From: Leptotrichia sp.
Lineage (GTDB): Bacteria > Fusobacteriota > Fusobacteriia > Fusobacteriales > Leptotrichiaceae
Direction of reading: 5' to 3'
DNA length: 43,189 nucleotides
Assembly: GCA_041815005.1 (NCBI GenBank)
Contig: JBGXYD010000065.1
Coordinates: 1-43,189 of the forward strand
Shown here: piece by piece, positions 1 to 9,196 of the stretch
Layout: each line of letters opens with the position of its first letter
Position numbering within the stretch: the first letter of the stretch is position 1
Notes under the pieces: model-generated
What the model was told of the DNA's origin: nothing
The model's database searches: none
The model's input: only the letters and a program-made list of their open reading frames with translations
Translations under genes and position numbers: made by a program

Positions 1-418
1 CTCCATCCAATGCAAAACTTCGTTGAGTATTATTTAATGTTGCAATTATACTTTGATTTTTTAATTTAGAAAAAACTACTATTGGAGCTTCTTCAAAATA
101 TTTTTTTATATACTTTAATATTTTGGGATTATCCGCATAAATTTCTTCTAAATAAAAAGCAAGTAAATTTATTGAATCTGAAAGTTCTTTTTTCTTTACA
201 TCTATTAAGAATATAGTAAATTTGCTGGAAAAATTAACTAATTGCAGACATTTTCTTCTATCAAAGTAAAACACTTTCACACCCCACTCAAATATTTCTT
301 TTCCTTCTTCATTTTCCCTAACAGCTATTAACATTTCTCTTATTTTCTTATCTTCAAATTCTTCTGGCATTGGTATGTCATATTTTTTTACAGTTTCTTT
401 TGTTGCATATAAAATCAT
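1..418 (-). CDS. Partial (3' end off-window) hypothetical protein, DUF6933-like
   Basis: Manually translated open frame from ATG 418 (alternative in-frame ATG 472) to the window edge: MILYATKETVKKYDIPMPEEF...EWGVKVFYFDRRKCLQLVNFSSKFTIFL...; family assignment from recall only. Confidence 0.65.
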   Translation of the reverse strand, partial: MILYATKETVKKYDIPMPEEFEDKKIREMLIAVRENEEGKEIFEWGVKVFYFDRRKCLQLVNFSSKFTIFLIDVKKKELSDSINLLAFYLEEIYADNPKILKYIKKYFEEAPIVVFSKLKNQSIIATLNNTQRSFALDG

Positions 419-623
419 TGTTTTCTCACTTTCTTTATCCAAAAATTTATCCCGATTCTTCATCAAATCCATTGTCAATCTACCGTTCCTAAGCTAATTC
501 CAGCGTATATTCAAAATACCCGTCATATATTTTTTATACAAACTATCAATATTTCTCAGTACTTTCCTTCCATTCTGAATGATTTTTCCAAAATTTTCCA
601 TTACACATCTCCTGTAACTTATT

Positions 624-1475
624 TTAATTTTTTCTCAGCTCAAACACCACAATCTCAGGCTTTGCAAAAAACCTGATAAACATCTCGAATGCTCCTCCAC
701 CAACTCCTGAAGTAGTATAAATCTTGTGTCCGTTTGATTCTTTCATTCCATAGGCATATTTTTTATGTTTTACTTCTGCATGAAGGATGTATCCAAAAAA
801 TGTTATCTGTCCCCCATGTGTATGCCCTGATAGTGTAATATCAGCTTTTTCTTTTTCTGTATCTGTCATTTCCTCAAAATAATCTGGATTATGATTTAAC
901 AAAATTGCAAAATCCTCTTTATTTATTCCATTCAAAGCCTTTTCTGCATCAGGTTTTCCCTTTCTATAATCATCTACTCCGGCAATAAAAATCTTTTTAT
1001 TCCCTATTTTTATATCAGAATTTTCATTTACCAGAAGTTTATATCCGAGTTCCCTTAATTTCTGAGAATTTCTTTTTACATCATTGTAGTCGTGGTTTCC
1101 TAAAACAGCATAAGTTCCGTATCTAGGAATTTCCATTCCTTTCAAATCATTATAAAATCTGTCTATTTTCCCAGTCCAGTTTGTATAATCTCCACCAACC
1201 AGTATAATATCCTTTTCCTGTGAATTTACTAAATTTATAATCCTGTCCATCTGCCTTTTATTATATCTTCCCCAGGTATCAAGCTGAAAATCTGCAAGAA
1301 ACAGTATCTTCTTTCCGTTAAATTCTTCAGGAATATCTTTAGATTCTATCGTTATATTTCTCACCTGAATTTGGGTATATTCATAATGGGAATATATTAA
1401 AAATATTGCAATTAAAATAAAAAGACTAAAAAGAATTTTAAAAAACGGATGCATCTTCATCAACTTTTCTATCAT
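624..1475 (-). CDS. Metallophosphoesterase (YkuE-like, calcineurin-like) with N-terminal membrane anchor
   Basis: Motifs ADFQ, GGD, LGNHD, HNPD, SGHTHGGQ; SD GGGGAG upstream. Confidence 0.9.
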   Translation of the reverse strand: MIEKLMKMHPFFKILFSLFILIAIFLIYSHYEYTQIQVRNITIESKDIPEEFNGKKILFLADFQLDTWGRYNKRQMDRIINLVNSQEKDIILVGGDYTNWTGKIDRFYNDLKGMEIPRYGTYAVLGNHDYNDVKRNSQKLRELGYKLLVNENSDIKIGNKKIFIAGVDDYRKGKPDAEKALNGINKEDFAILLNHNPDYFEEMTDTEKEKADITLSGHTHGGQITFFGYILHAEVKHKKYAYGMKESNGHKIYTTSGVGGGAFEMFIRFFAKPEIVVFELRKN

Positions 1476-1485
1476 TTCATCTCCC

Positions 1486-1845
1486 CTATTTTAGCCAAAT
1501 ATATATTAATGTCATAAAAACTGTAACTGTAAAAAATCCGAATACTCTCCAATATCTGTAATACAAGGCTTCGCATAAAGCATATAAATTTAAAAAAATT
1601 AATGCTAAAAAAAGTAGGTATTCCCTCTCTTTAAAAAGAGAAATTATTCCTGCCGTAAAAAACAGGCAACCGATTAAAAACATTAGTATTACCTTTAGTC
1701 TAAGCTGAAAAACAGTAGTCCCTTTGGGTAACTCCCTATGTTGTAGTTTGGCTTTCATAATTTTATCTTTTCCAAAAAGATAATAACCATTTGTAATTAT
1801 TTCTATTAAGCCAAAAATTATCATTATAATTTTAAATATAGACAT
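1486..1845 (-). CDS. Hypothetical membrane protein (about 4 TM)
   Basis: 119-aa ORF with hydrophobic segments, tightly packed between co-oriented genes. Confidence 0.75.
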   Translation of the reverse strand: MSIFKIIMIIFGLIEIITNGYYLFGKDKIMKAKLQHRELPKGTTVFQLRLKVILMFLIGCLFFTAGIISLFKEREYLLFLALIFLNLYALCEALYYRYWRVFGFFTVTVFMTLIYIWLK

Positions 1846-1859
1846 TTTTCTCGCCTTTC

Positions 1860-2426
1860 CTACTTACTCACAAATTTTTTCACTTTTTCAAGAAACTGTT
1901 CCCTGTCTTCAGCTTTCCCTTTTGCCCTCAAGCTGTAATGAATCCATTTTGTCTGCTTTATTCCAATACCGCCAAGATTTGCTTTTTTCATCGTTAACCC
2001 AAATCCCGTTATATTCAATAGAAATTTAGGAGCTTCAGCCGTTGTAATCATTTTTGCTGTCTTTATGTTATTCAGAAGTCCTTTTATTCCATATTTTGAA
2101 CTTTCATATGCAAAATTTTTCAGCATTACCTTATCCAAAAAACCTTTTATCGAAGCAGGCATTGACATCCACCAGATTGGAAATATCAATGTGAGTTCAT
2201 CAGTCTTTTTCAATATTTCCTGATATTTTTCAACTAGTGGATCTGTACTTTTCCCCTGGGAATACAGTGCCAGTTCCTCTTCAGTCATTACAGGATTAAA
2301 TCCATCTTTATTTAAATCTATAACCGTATATTCTTCTTTCATCTCATCATATCTTCCCGTTACACTGTCTAAAATTGCCTTGTTAAAGCTTCCATGCCAT
2401 GGATGTGCAAAAATTATTGTTTTCAT
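1860..2426 (-). CDS. NAD(P)H-dependent oxidoreductase, flavodoxin-like fold (Flavodoxin_2)
   Basis: AHP..SFN, FPIWWMSMPA.KGFLDKV motifs; start placed at second Met (2426) after GAGG. Confidence 0.88.
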   Translation of the reverse strand: MKTIIFAHPWHGSFNKAILDSVTGRYDEMKEEYTVIDLNKDGFNPVMTEEELALYSQGKSTDPLVEKYQEILKKTDELTLIFPIWWMSMPASIKGFLDKVMLKNFAYESSKYGIKGLLNNIKTAKMITTAEAPKFLLNITGFGLTMKKANLGGIGIKQTKWIHYSLRAKGKAEDREQFLEKVKKFVSK

Positions 2427-2579
2427 TTTAAATTCCTCTTTTCTACTTTTCATAATTTATAAAAATTAGTATTAGATTGATTTGAGTTTTCTTAATTTTA
2501 TTCTTTTCAAAAAATTTTAGTCCATTGAAAAAATGAAAAAATATTGTTAAATCATTCTAATATTAAATTTTTTACATTT

Positions 2580-3431
2580 TTAAATTTTCTTTAAAGTAAA
2601 TACAACTATTTCAGGTTTTGCAAAAAACCTAATAAACATCTCAAGTGCAGTTCCACCCACTCCAGATGTTATATAGAGCTTATGCCCTCCATAATTTTTC
2701 ATTCCATAACCATACTTTTCCTTATTTTCTATTGCAGAAACCACAATTTTCCCAAACAACGTAACCTGCCCGCCGTGAGTATGCCCTGCCAGAATTATGT
2801 CCGACCGTTTTTTCCCTATTTCTGTCATTTCTTCAAAATATTCAGGATTGTGTGTCAAAAGGACTGCAAAATCTTCATTTCTTACATCTTCCAGTGCCTT
2901 TTCCGCATCAGGACTCCCTTTCCATAGATCTTCAACCCCAGCAATATATATACTTCCATTTCCAATTGAAATTTTTGCCTTTTCATTTCTAAGAAGAGTA
3001 TATCCCAGTTCCTTATGGTATCTGAGACTATCCTCCTCTGTTTCATAATCATGATTCCCTAGAACCGCATACACTCCATATTGAGGAATCTGCATTTTTT
3101 CCAGTTCCTTATATGTTTCTTTTGTGTATTTATCCCAAGTGGAATAATCTCCTCCGATTAAAATTATGTCCTTTTCCTGTGAATTTACAACCTTTACTAT
3201 TCTTTCCATCTGTTTTTTATTAAATCTTGTCATTGTATCCACCTGAAAATCTGCAAGAAATAATATCCTCTTGCCATCAAATTCCTTCGGAATATCTTTA
3301 GATTCTATTTTTATATTTCTCACCTGAATTTGTGTATATTCATAATGGGAATATATTAAAAATATTGCAATTAAAGTTAAAAAGCTAAAAAGAATTTTAA
3401 AAATCGGATGTATCTTCATCAATTTTTTCAT
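2580..3431 (-). CDS. Metallophosphoesterase (YkuE-like), paralog of 624..1475
   Basis: ADFQ, GGD, LGNHD, THNPE, AGHTHGGQ motifs; SD GGGAG; alternative GTG start at 3434. Confidence 0.9.
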   Translation of the reverse strand: MKKLMKIHPIFKILFSFLTLIAIFLIYSHYEYTQIQVRNIKIESKDIPKEFDGKRILFLADFQVDTMTRFNKKQMERIVKVVNSQEKDIILIGGDYSTWDKYTKETYKELEKMQIPQYGVYAVLGNHDYETEEDSLRYHKELGYTLLRNEKAKISIGNGSIYIAGVEDLWKGSPDAEKALEDVRNEDFAVLLTHNPEYFEEMTEIGKKRSDIILAGHTHGGQVTLFGKIVVSAIENKEKYGYGMKNYGGHKLYITSGVGGTALEMFIRFFAKPEIVVFTLKKI

Positions 3432-3657
3432 CACTTGTTCTCCCTGTAAGTTCTTTTTGCGTATTTTGTATATTTGGATTGTCAGTAAGAACTATTGCAC
3501 AAATAATATATACCAATATTCCTGTCCCTGCACAAAAAATCACAATAAGCCACAATATTCTTACAATACTTGAATCAATGTCAAAATACTCTGCAATTCC
3601 TCCGCATACTCCCGCTAATTTTCTATCCTTCACTGATTTGTATAATTTCTTTTCCAT
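3397..3657 (-). CDS. pspC: PspC domain-containing protein
   Basis: KLYKS..DRKLAGVCGGIAEYF.ID...VRI followed by TM helix; SD GGAGG. Confidence 0.88.
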   Translation of the reverse strand: MEKKLYKSVKDRKLAGVCGGIAEYFDIDSSIVRILWLIVIFCAGTGILVYIICAIVLTDNPNIQNTQKELTGRTSDEKIDEDTSDF

Positions 3658-3894
3658 AAGATAAACCTCCTAGTTTTTTTTATACTGTTTATTTATTTTA
3701 TTTCCAAATAATATTTTTTACCTTTCAATTTCAATTGATTTATCTTTTATTACTTCCAACTTTACATTTTAATCCAATTTAATTAAATAACCATTTTAGT
3801 TTTTATCCATAAATCTTCTAAATTAATACATGTTATCAATTCGGAAATAAGTTCTTTCTATTTTTTACAGTCTTAAAACGAGAATATATTAATT

Positions 3895-3913
3895 TGGCGA
3901 ACACTGTTCGCCA
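3895..3913. terminator. Inverted repeat downstream of leuA, probable terminator
   Basis: TGGCGAAC-act-GTTCGCCA 8-bp stem; U-tract weak in the leuA direction. Confidence 0.5.
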
Positions 3914-3928
3914 TTTTTAATATTTTAT

Positions 3929-5437
3929 TTATTCACTATAAAGTCTATTTAATCCATTAATATAAGCATTTATACTCGCTTCGACAACATCTGTACTCTG
4001 TCCTCTACCAATAAATCTATTTCCGTCTTTTTCAATTATAACAACTACCTGTGCCTGTGCATCAGTATCCCCCGTTATTGCTTCCAGTTTGTATTCTTCC
4101 AGTACGAAAGTATCGTTGAGTGCGAGATTTACCGCATTATAGGCAGCATCTACAGGTCCATCTCCGAGTGCCTCTTTTACAAATGTTTCATCATCTATTG
4201 TTACTGAAACTTCAGCTTTCGGTTTTTTTCCTTCTTTTCTTGAAATTTCAAAGTGTTTCAGGACAATTCTTCCTTCGATTTTTGCCGCATCTCCTGCCAC
4301 TAATGCAATAATATCTTCGTCTAGCACATACTTTTTCTTATCTGCCAGTTTCTTAAACTCTGAAAATAATTCTCCTATACTATTTTCTTCAATATGGTCA
4401 AATCCTAAAGACTGCAGTTTTTGAATAAAGGCATGCTTTCCTGACAATTTACCAAGTACTAGGCTATCAGTATTTCTTCCTACTGATTCAGGACTCATTA
4501 TTTCATAAGTTTCAGGGTTTGCCAACACTCCGTGCTGATGAATACCAGATTCATGAGCAAATGCATTTGCTCCGACTATGGCTTTATTAGGCTGTGTTGA
4601 AACTCCTGTAAGTAGACTTACCAATTTACTTGTTGGATATATTTGTTTTGTATCAATATTTGTGCTATATTCCTCAAATAAATCCTTTCTCGTTTTCAAT
4701 ATCATTACAACTTCTTCTAGTGATGTATTTCCAGCTCTTTCTCCCAATCCGTTTATTGTACATTCTATCTGTGTTGCTCCACCTTGAATAGAGGCAATGG
4801 AGTTGGCAACAGAAAGTCCCAAATCATCATGGCAATGTACAGAAATATCTACATTTTCAATACCTTTTACATTTTCTTTTAAATATTTTATCAATTCATA
4901 CATTTCATTTGGAGTTCTATATCCCACAGTATCAGGAACATTGAGAGTTGTAGCTCCAGCTTTTATAGCCTCTTCATAAACCTGCACTAAAAATTCTTTT
5001 TCTGTACGTGTCGCGTCTTCTGCTGAAAATTCAATATCATCAATAAATGATTTTGCATAAGCTACCATTTCTTTTACCTTATCCAAAATTTGTTCTTTTG
5101 TCATTTTCAATTTATATTCCCTATGTATTGGCGAAGTCGCAATAAATGTATGAATCCTTGGTTTTTTTGCCTTTTCAAGTGCTTTTGCAGCTGTTTCAAT
5201 ATCATTTTTCACCGCTCTTGCAAGACTTGTTACTGTTGAATTTTTAACATTTTCCGCAATTAATTTTACTGCTTCAAAATCTCCCGGAGAAGCCACAGCA
5301 AATCCAGCCTCAATTATATCTACTCCTAAACTTTCCAATTGTTTAGCTATTCTCAATTTTTCCTCCGCATTAAGGTTTACACGTGGTGTCTGTTCTCCGT
5401 CCCTTAATGTCGTATCAAATATCTTTATATATTTCAT
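3929..5437 (-). CDS. leuA: 2-isopropylmalate synthase
   Basis: DTTLRDGEQ, HCHDDLG, GERAGN, HESGIHQ, C-terminal regulatory domain GPVDA. Confidence 0.96.
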   Translation of the reverse strand: MKYIKIFDTTLRDGEQTPRVNLNAEEKLRIAKQLESLGVDIIEAGFAVASPGDFEAVKLIAENVKNSTVTSLARAVKNDIETAAKALEKAKKPRIHTFIATSPIHREYKLKMTKEQILDKVKEMVAYAKSFIDDIEFSAEDATRTEKEFLVQVYEEAIKAGATTLNVPDTVGYRTPNEMYELIKYLKENVKGIENVDISVHCHDDLGLSVANSIASIQGGATQIECTINGLGERAGNTSLEEVVMILKTRKDLFEEYSTNIDTKQIYPTSKLVSLLTGVSTQPNKAIVGANAFAHESGIHQHGVLANPETYEIMSPESVGRNTDSLVLGKLSGKHAFIQKLQSLGFDHIEENSIGELFSEFKKLADKKKYVLDEDIIALVAGDAAKIEGRIVLKHFEISRKEGKKPKAEVSVTIDDETFVKEALGDGPVDAAYNAVNLALNDTFVLEEYKLEAITGDTDAQAQVVVIIEKDGNRFIGRGQSTDVVEASINAYINGLNRLYSE

Positions 5438-5451
5438 AATATCTCCCTTTT

Positions 5452-6144
5452 TTAAGATTTTATTGAATAAATCGCAGCTTGTTCCGCATGAATAACTGCT
5501 GTATCAAATAATGGAATACTAGTATCTTCATGTTTTACAAGCATTCCTATTTCAGTACATCCCAATATTACTCCTTCTGCACCTTTATTTTCAAGTTTTT
5601 TTACAATTTCCAAATATTTTACTTTTGATTCAGGATTTATAATTCCAAGACAAAGTTCTTCATATATTATGTCATTTATAATTTTTATGTCATCTTTATC
5701 TGGAATCATAACATTTATTCCTCTTTCAACAAGCTTTTCTTTATAAAAATTTTGTTCCATAGTATATTTTGTACCGAGTAATGCTATATTTTTAATTTTC
5801 TTTTCCAATATTTTTTCTGCTGTCATTTCCGCAATATGTAAAACTGGAATGGAAATCTTTTCTCCAATTTGACTAATAACTTTGTGCATTGTATTTGTAC
5901 AAATCATAATAAAATCTGCCCCTGCTTTTTCCAAATTATATGCAGCTTCTCCCAAAATTTGTCCACTTTTTTCCCAATTTCCATTTGCCTGACATTCTTC
6001 TATTTCCTGAAAATCTACACTATATAGTACACATTTGGCTGAATGAAGTCCACCTAATCTCTCTTTAATAGTTTCATTTATTATTTTGTAATAGGTTAAT
6101 GTACTTTCCCAGCTCATTCCCCCTATTAATCCTATGACTTTCAT
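5452..6144 (-). CDS. Aspartate/glutamate racemase family protein (YgeA/RacX-like)
   Basis: IGLIGGMSWEST, CTNTMH, LGCTEI motifs. Confidence 0.92.
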   Translation of the reverse strand: MKVIGLIGGMSWESTLTYYKIINETIKERLGGLHSAKCVLYSVDFQEIEECQANGNWEKSGQILGEAAYNLEKAGADFIMICTNTMHKVISQIGEKISIPVLHIAEMTAEKILEKKIKNIALLGTKYTMEQNFYKEKLVERGINVMIPDKDDIKIINDIIYEELCLGIINPESKVKYLEIVKKLENKGAEGVILGCTEIGMLVKHEDTSIPLFDTAVIHAEQAAIYSIKS

Positions 6145-6171
6145 TTATACCACCTTTCAAAAGAAGAACCA

Positions 6172-6737
6172 TTACTCTTTAATAGCTTCAAATCTCAATC
6201 TCACATAATCAGCCAAAATTTGTCCATTTTCATTTTTTCCCAGTTCTTTTTCCACTTTTTCAGTTATTTCATCAATCAGTTTTTCTTGTATTTCTTCTGG
6301 AATATTTACAAGAATAGGTGCAGAAAAAGTTTGCAACCATCCTTTTAATCTGTCTCGGCTACAAAACGTCCACCTTTTTTCAAGGCTCGAGAAACTCCTT
6401 CCATTACTTTCTCTGGATTAGTCATCCAGTGTAGTGCCGCATTGGAAAAAATCGCATCAAATTCATTTTGGAATTTCATATTCTGTGCATCTCCCTGTAC
6501 TGCTTCAATCCCAATTTTCCTTGCTTCCTCAACAAACTTCTGACTTCCATCGAGTCCTAAAACTTTACACCCATATTCAGCAATTTTCTTAGTCAGCACT
6601 CCATCTCCGCAGCCTAAATCCAAGATATACTCATCTTTTTGTGGATTTAACCATTCTATTACTTCTTCTCCATAAGTTGAAACAAAACGTGCATTTTTTT
6701 CATATTTCTCTTTTTCCCAATGCTGGCTCGTGTTCAT
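6172..6737 (-). pseudogene. Class I SAM-dependent methyltransferase, internally deleted and frameshifted
   Basis: N-half (LDLGCGDG, FSNAALHW, GGRFVAE) stops at 6345; C-terminal part LKGWLQTF...ADYVRLRFEAIKE* lies in another frame ending at 6172. Confidence 0.85.
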
Positions 6738-6969
6738 CTCTGTATTTCCCTTCTCTATTTTTTTGAATCTATATTTATACTTAAACCTTCTTAAAATTAG
6801 CCTTTTAGAATAAAAACTGTTTGTATTTGAATAAAATATTCATAGCTTTGAGAGTTTGATTTTAAATGGTATTCCTATAAATTTAATAAAAATATAGATT
6901 TAGTAATCTTATCAAGTGTTATAATTTTAATTTAATTTTTAAATATTCATCTTAGATTTTCTTGAAAAA

Positions 6970-7458
6970 CTACATCTTCTCCCCACGGCTCATTGCCACA
7001 ACTCCGGTTTTAGCAATTTCGAGAATTCCATATGGTTTCATTATTTCTACAAATCCCCTAAGCTTTTGGACATCCCCTGTAAGCTCAATAGTTAAAGAGG
7101 TTGGTGATACATCCAACACTTTTCCCCTGTAAATATCTGCAATTTGTACAATCTGGGATCTGGTTTCATTGTCAGACTTTACTTTTATAAGCATAAGTTC
7201 CCTTCTTATTACTCCAGCTTCAGGAAATACTTTTACCTTTACTACATCTACTATTTTATATACCTGTTTTTGAATTTGATCAAGCGACTTATCATCCCCG
7301 TCAACAGTAAGGGTAAGCCTTGCATATCCCGGCTTATTTGTAACCCCTGCTGTCATCTTGTTTACAAAATATCCTCTCCTATTAAACAATGACATTATCC
7401 TCGCCACTATTCCATTGGTATTTTTTGCAATAATTAATATTTCATGCTCCCTATTCAC
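6970..7458 (-). CDS. ilvN: Acetolactate synthase small subunit
   Basis: ACT domain (ARIMSLFNRRGY), RELMLIKV, EIAKTG; true start likely GTG 7458 overlapping the ilvB stop. Confidence 0.93.
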   Translation of the reverse strand: MNREHEILIIAKNTNGIVARIMSLFNRRGYFVNKMTAGVTNKPGYARLTLTVDGDDKSLDQIQKQVYKIVDVVKVKVFPEAGVIRRELMLIKVKSDNETRSQIVQIADIYRGKVLDVSPTSLTIELTGDVQKLRGFVEIMKPYGILEIAKTGVVAMSRGEKM

Positions 7459-9169
7459 TTTCAAGCACCCCTTTCTTTCCAACCATTTGGGAAACACTTG
7501 TCCCTGCAGGTATCATAGGATATACATTTTCTTCCTTTTCCACTATACAATCAATTACAACTCCTTCATCAGATTCTATTAATTTCTTCAAATTTGCACG
7601 TAATTCTTCTTTTGTCTTAATTTTTATCCCTTTTATTCCATAGGCTTCAGAAATTTTTACAAAATCAGGATTATGTGTCAAATCCACAAAGGAGTATCTT
7701 CTATCATTAAACAGCTCCTGCCACTGCCTTACCATTCCTAGGAAAGAATTATTTATAATAATCACCTTTACTGGAAGATTATACTGCTTTATCATCATAA
7801 GCTCCTGAAAGGTCATCTGAAATCCTCCGTCTCCCACGACAAGTACTACCTTCTTGTCAGGCATGGCAACCTGTGCCCCTATTGCTGCCGGAAGTCCAAA
7901 TCCCATTGTTCCTGCTCCTCCTGATGTAATAATGGAATCAGGATTTTCATAGTCAATAAACTGTGCAGTCCACATCTGATGCTGTCCCACATCTGTCACT
8001 ACAATGGCATCTCCCTTCAGAATCTTATTCAGCTCTTCCAAAACCTCCTGTGCTACTAGACTGTCATCTCCAACTTTAGGATATCCTAAAGGATATTCTT
8101 CTTTCCAGCCTGTCACCTTAGAAATCCATTCTGTATTCTCTTTGGCTTCCACTTCCTTATTTAGCCCTTCCAGAACATTTTTCAAATCCCCTACTATTGG
8201 CACATCTGCCTTTTTATTCTTATCTATTTCAGCAGGGTCTATATCTATATGAATTATTTTAGCCCTTTTGCAGAATTTATTCGGATCCCCCGTAATTCTA
8301 TCGTCAAACCTTATTCCCGTGGCTATTATGAGATCAGCCTCATCTGTAGCATAGTTTGCCGCTACCGTTCCATGCATACCTAACATTCCGAGTGACAGTT
8401 TATTCGAGCTTGGAAAAGCCCCTAAACCAAGTAAGGTAGTAGTTACAGGGCTATTTATCTTTTCAGCAAATTCCTTCAGCTCCTTTGAGGCTTTCGCCTT
8501 TAGAATTCCTGCCCCTGCAATAATAAGAGGTTTTTTTGAATCCTGTATAAGCTTTAAAGCTTTTTTTATCTGTCCTTGATGTCCTTTGTATGTAGGATCA
8601 TATCCTTCCAGATGAAAGTCCTTGTTATACAGCTTATTAAATTCATCATAGGTAATTTCCTGTAACTGAATATCCTTAGGAATATCTATGAGTACAGGAC
8701 CAGGTCTCCCTGTAGAAGCTATATAGTATGCTTCCTTAATTATTCTAGGAAGCTCTTTTATATTCTGAACAAGATAGTTCATCTTTGTTATGGGCACTGT
8801 TATTCCCACAATATCACTTTCCTGAAAGGCATCCTTTCCCAGTAGTGAACTCCCCACTTGACCTGTAATTGCAAGCATCGGTATAGAATCCATATGAGCC
8901 GTCATTATCCCCGTAACAAGGTTTGTGGCACCTGGCCCTGATGTGGCAAGACACACACCAACCTTTCCTGATGCCCTCGCATATCCGTCTGCTTCATGGG
9001 CTGCTCCCTGCTCATGCCTTGAAAAATAATGATTTATCTTTTCATATTTATAAATTTCATCATAAATAGGTATTACCGCCCCTCCAGGATAGCCGAAAAT
9101 ATCTTCTATTCCAAGTCTATGCAGACATTCCAATAAGATTCTTGCCCCATTTATCATTTCCGTACTCAT
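7451..9169 (-). CDS. ilvB: Acetolactate synthase large subunit, biosynthetic type
   Basis: GYPGGA, RHEQGA, TSGPGATN, DVGQHQM, GDGGFQM ThDP motif; ATG 9169 after AGGTGG. Confidence 0.96.
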   Translation of the reverse strand: MSTEMINGARILLECLHRLGIEDIFGYPGGAVIPIYDEIYKYEKINHYFSRHEQGAAHEADGYARASGKVGVCLATSGPGATNLVTGIMTAHMDSIPMLAITGQVGSSLLGKDAFQESDIVGITVPITKMNYLVQNIKELPRIIKEAYYIASTGRPGPVLIDIPKDIQLQEITYDEFNKLYNKDFHLEGYDPTYKGHQGQIKKALKLIQDSKKPLIIAGAGILKAKASKELKEFAEKINSPVTTTLLGLGAFPSSNKLSLGMLGMHGTVAANYATDEADLIIATGIRFDDRITGDPNKFCKRAKIIHIDIDPAEIDKNKKADVPIVGDLKNVLEGLNKEVEAKENTEWISKVTGWKEEYPLGYPKVGDDSLVAQEVLEELNKILKGDAIVVTDVGQHQMWTAQFIDYENPDSIITSGGAGTMGFGLPAAIGAQVAMPDKKVVLVVGDGGFQMTFQELMMIKQYNLPVKVIIINNSFLGMVRQWQELFNDRRYSFVDLTHNPDFVKISEAYGIKGIKIKTKEELRANLKKLIESDEGVVIDCIVEKEENVYPMIPAGTSVSQMVGKKGVLESE

Positions 9170-9196
9170 CTTTTTACCACCTTTCACTTATTTTTT

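Noticed and set aside
3397-3434. PspC tail overlapping the next gene as a special fusion or recoding site
   Set aside because: The downstream gene has its own SD and start; most simply a variable C-terminal tail
6740-6969. Possible degenerate repeat or RNA element between ilvN and the methyltransferase
   Set aside because: Only weak AT-rich pairing and no second copy in the window
7459-7497. N-terminal extension of ilvN in the ORF track
   Set aside because: Lies inside ilvB; GTG at 7458 overlapping the ilvB stop gives the expected length
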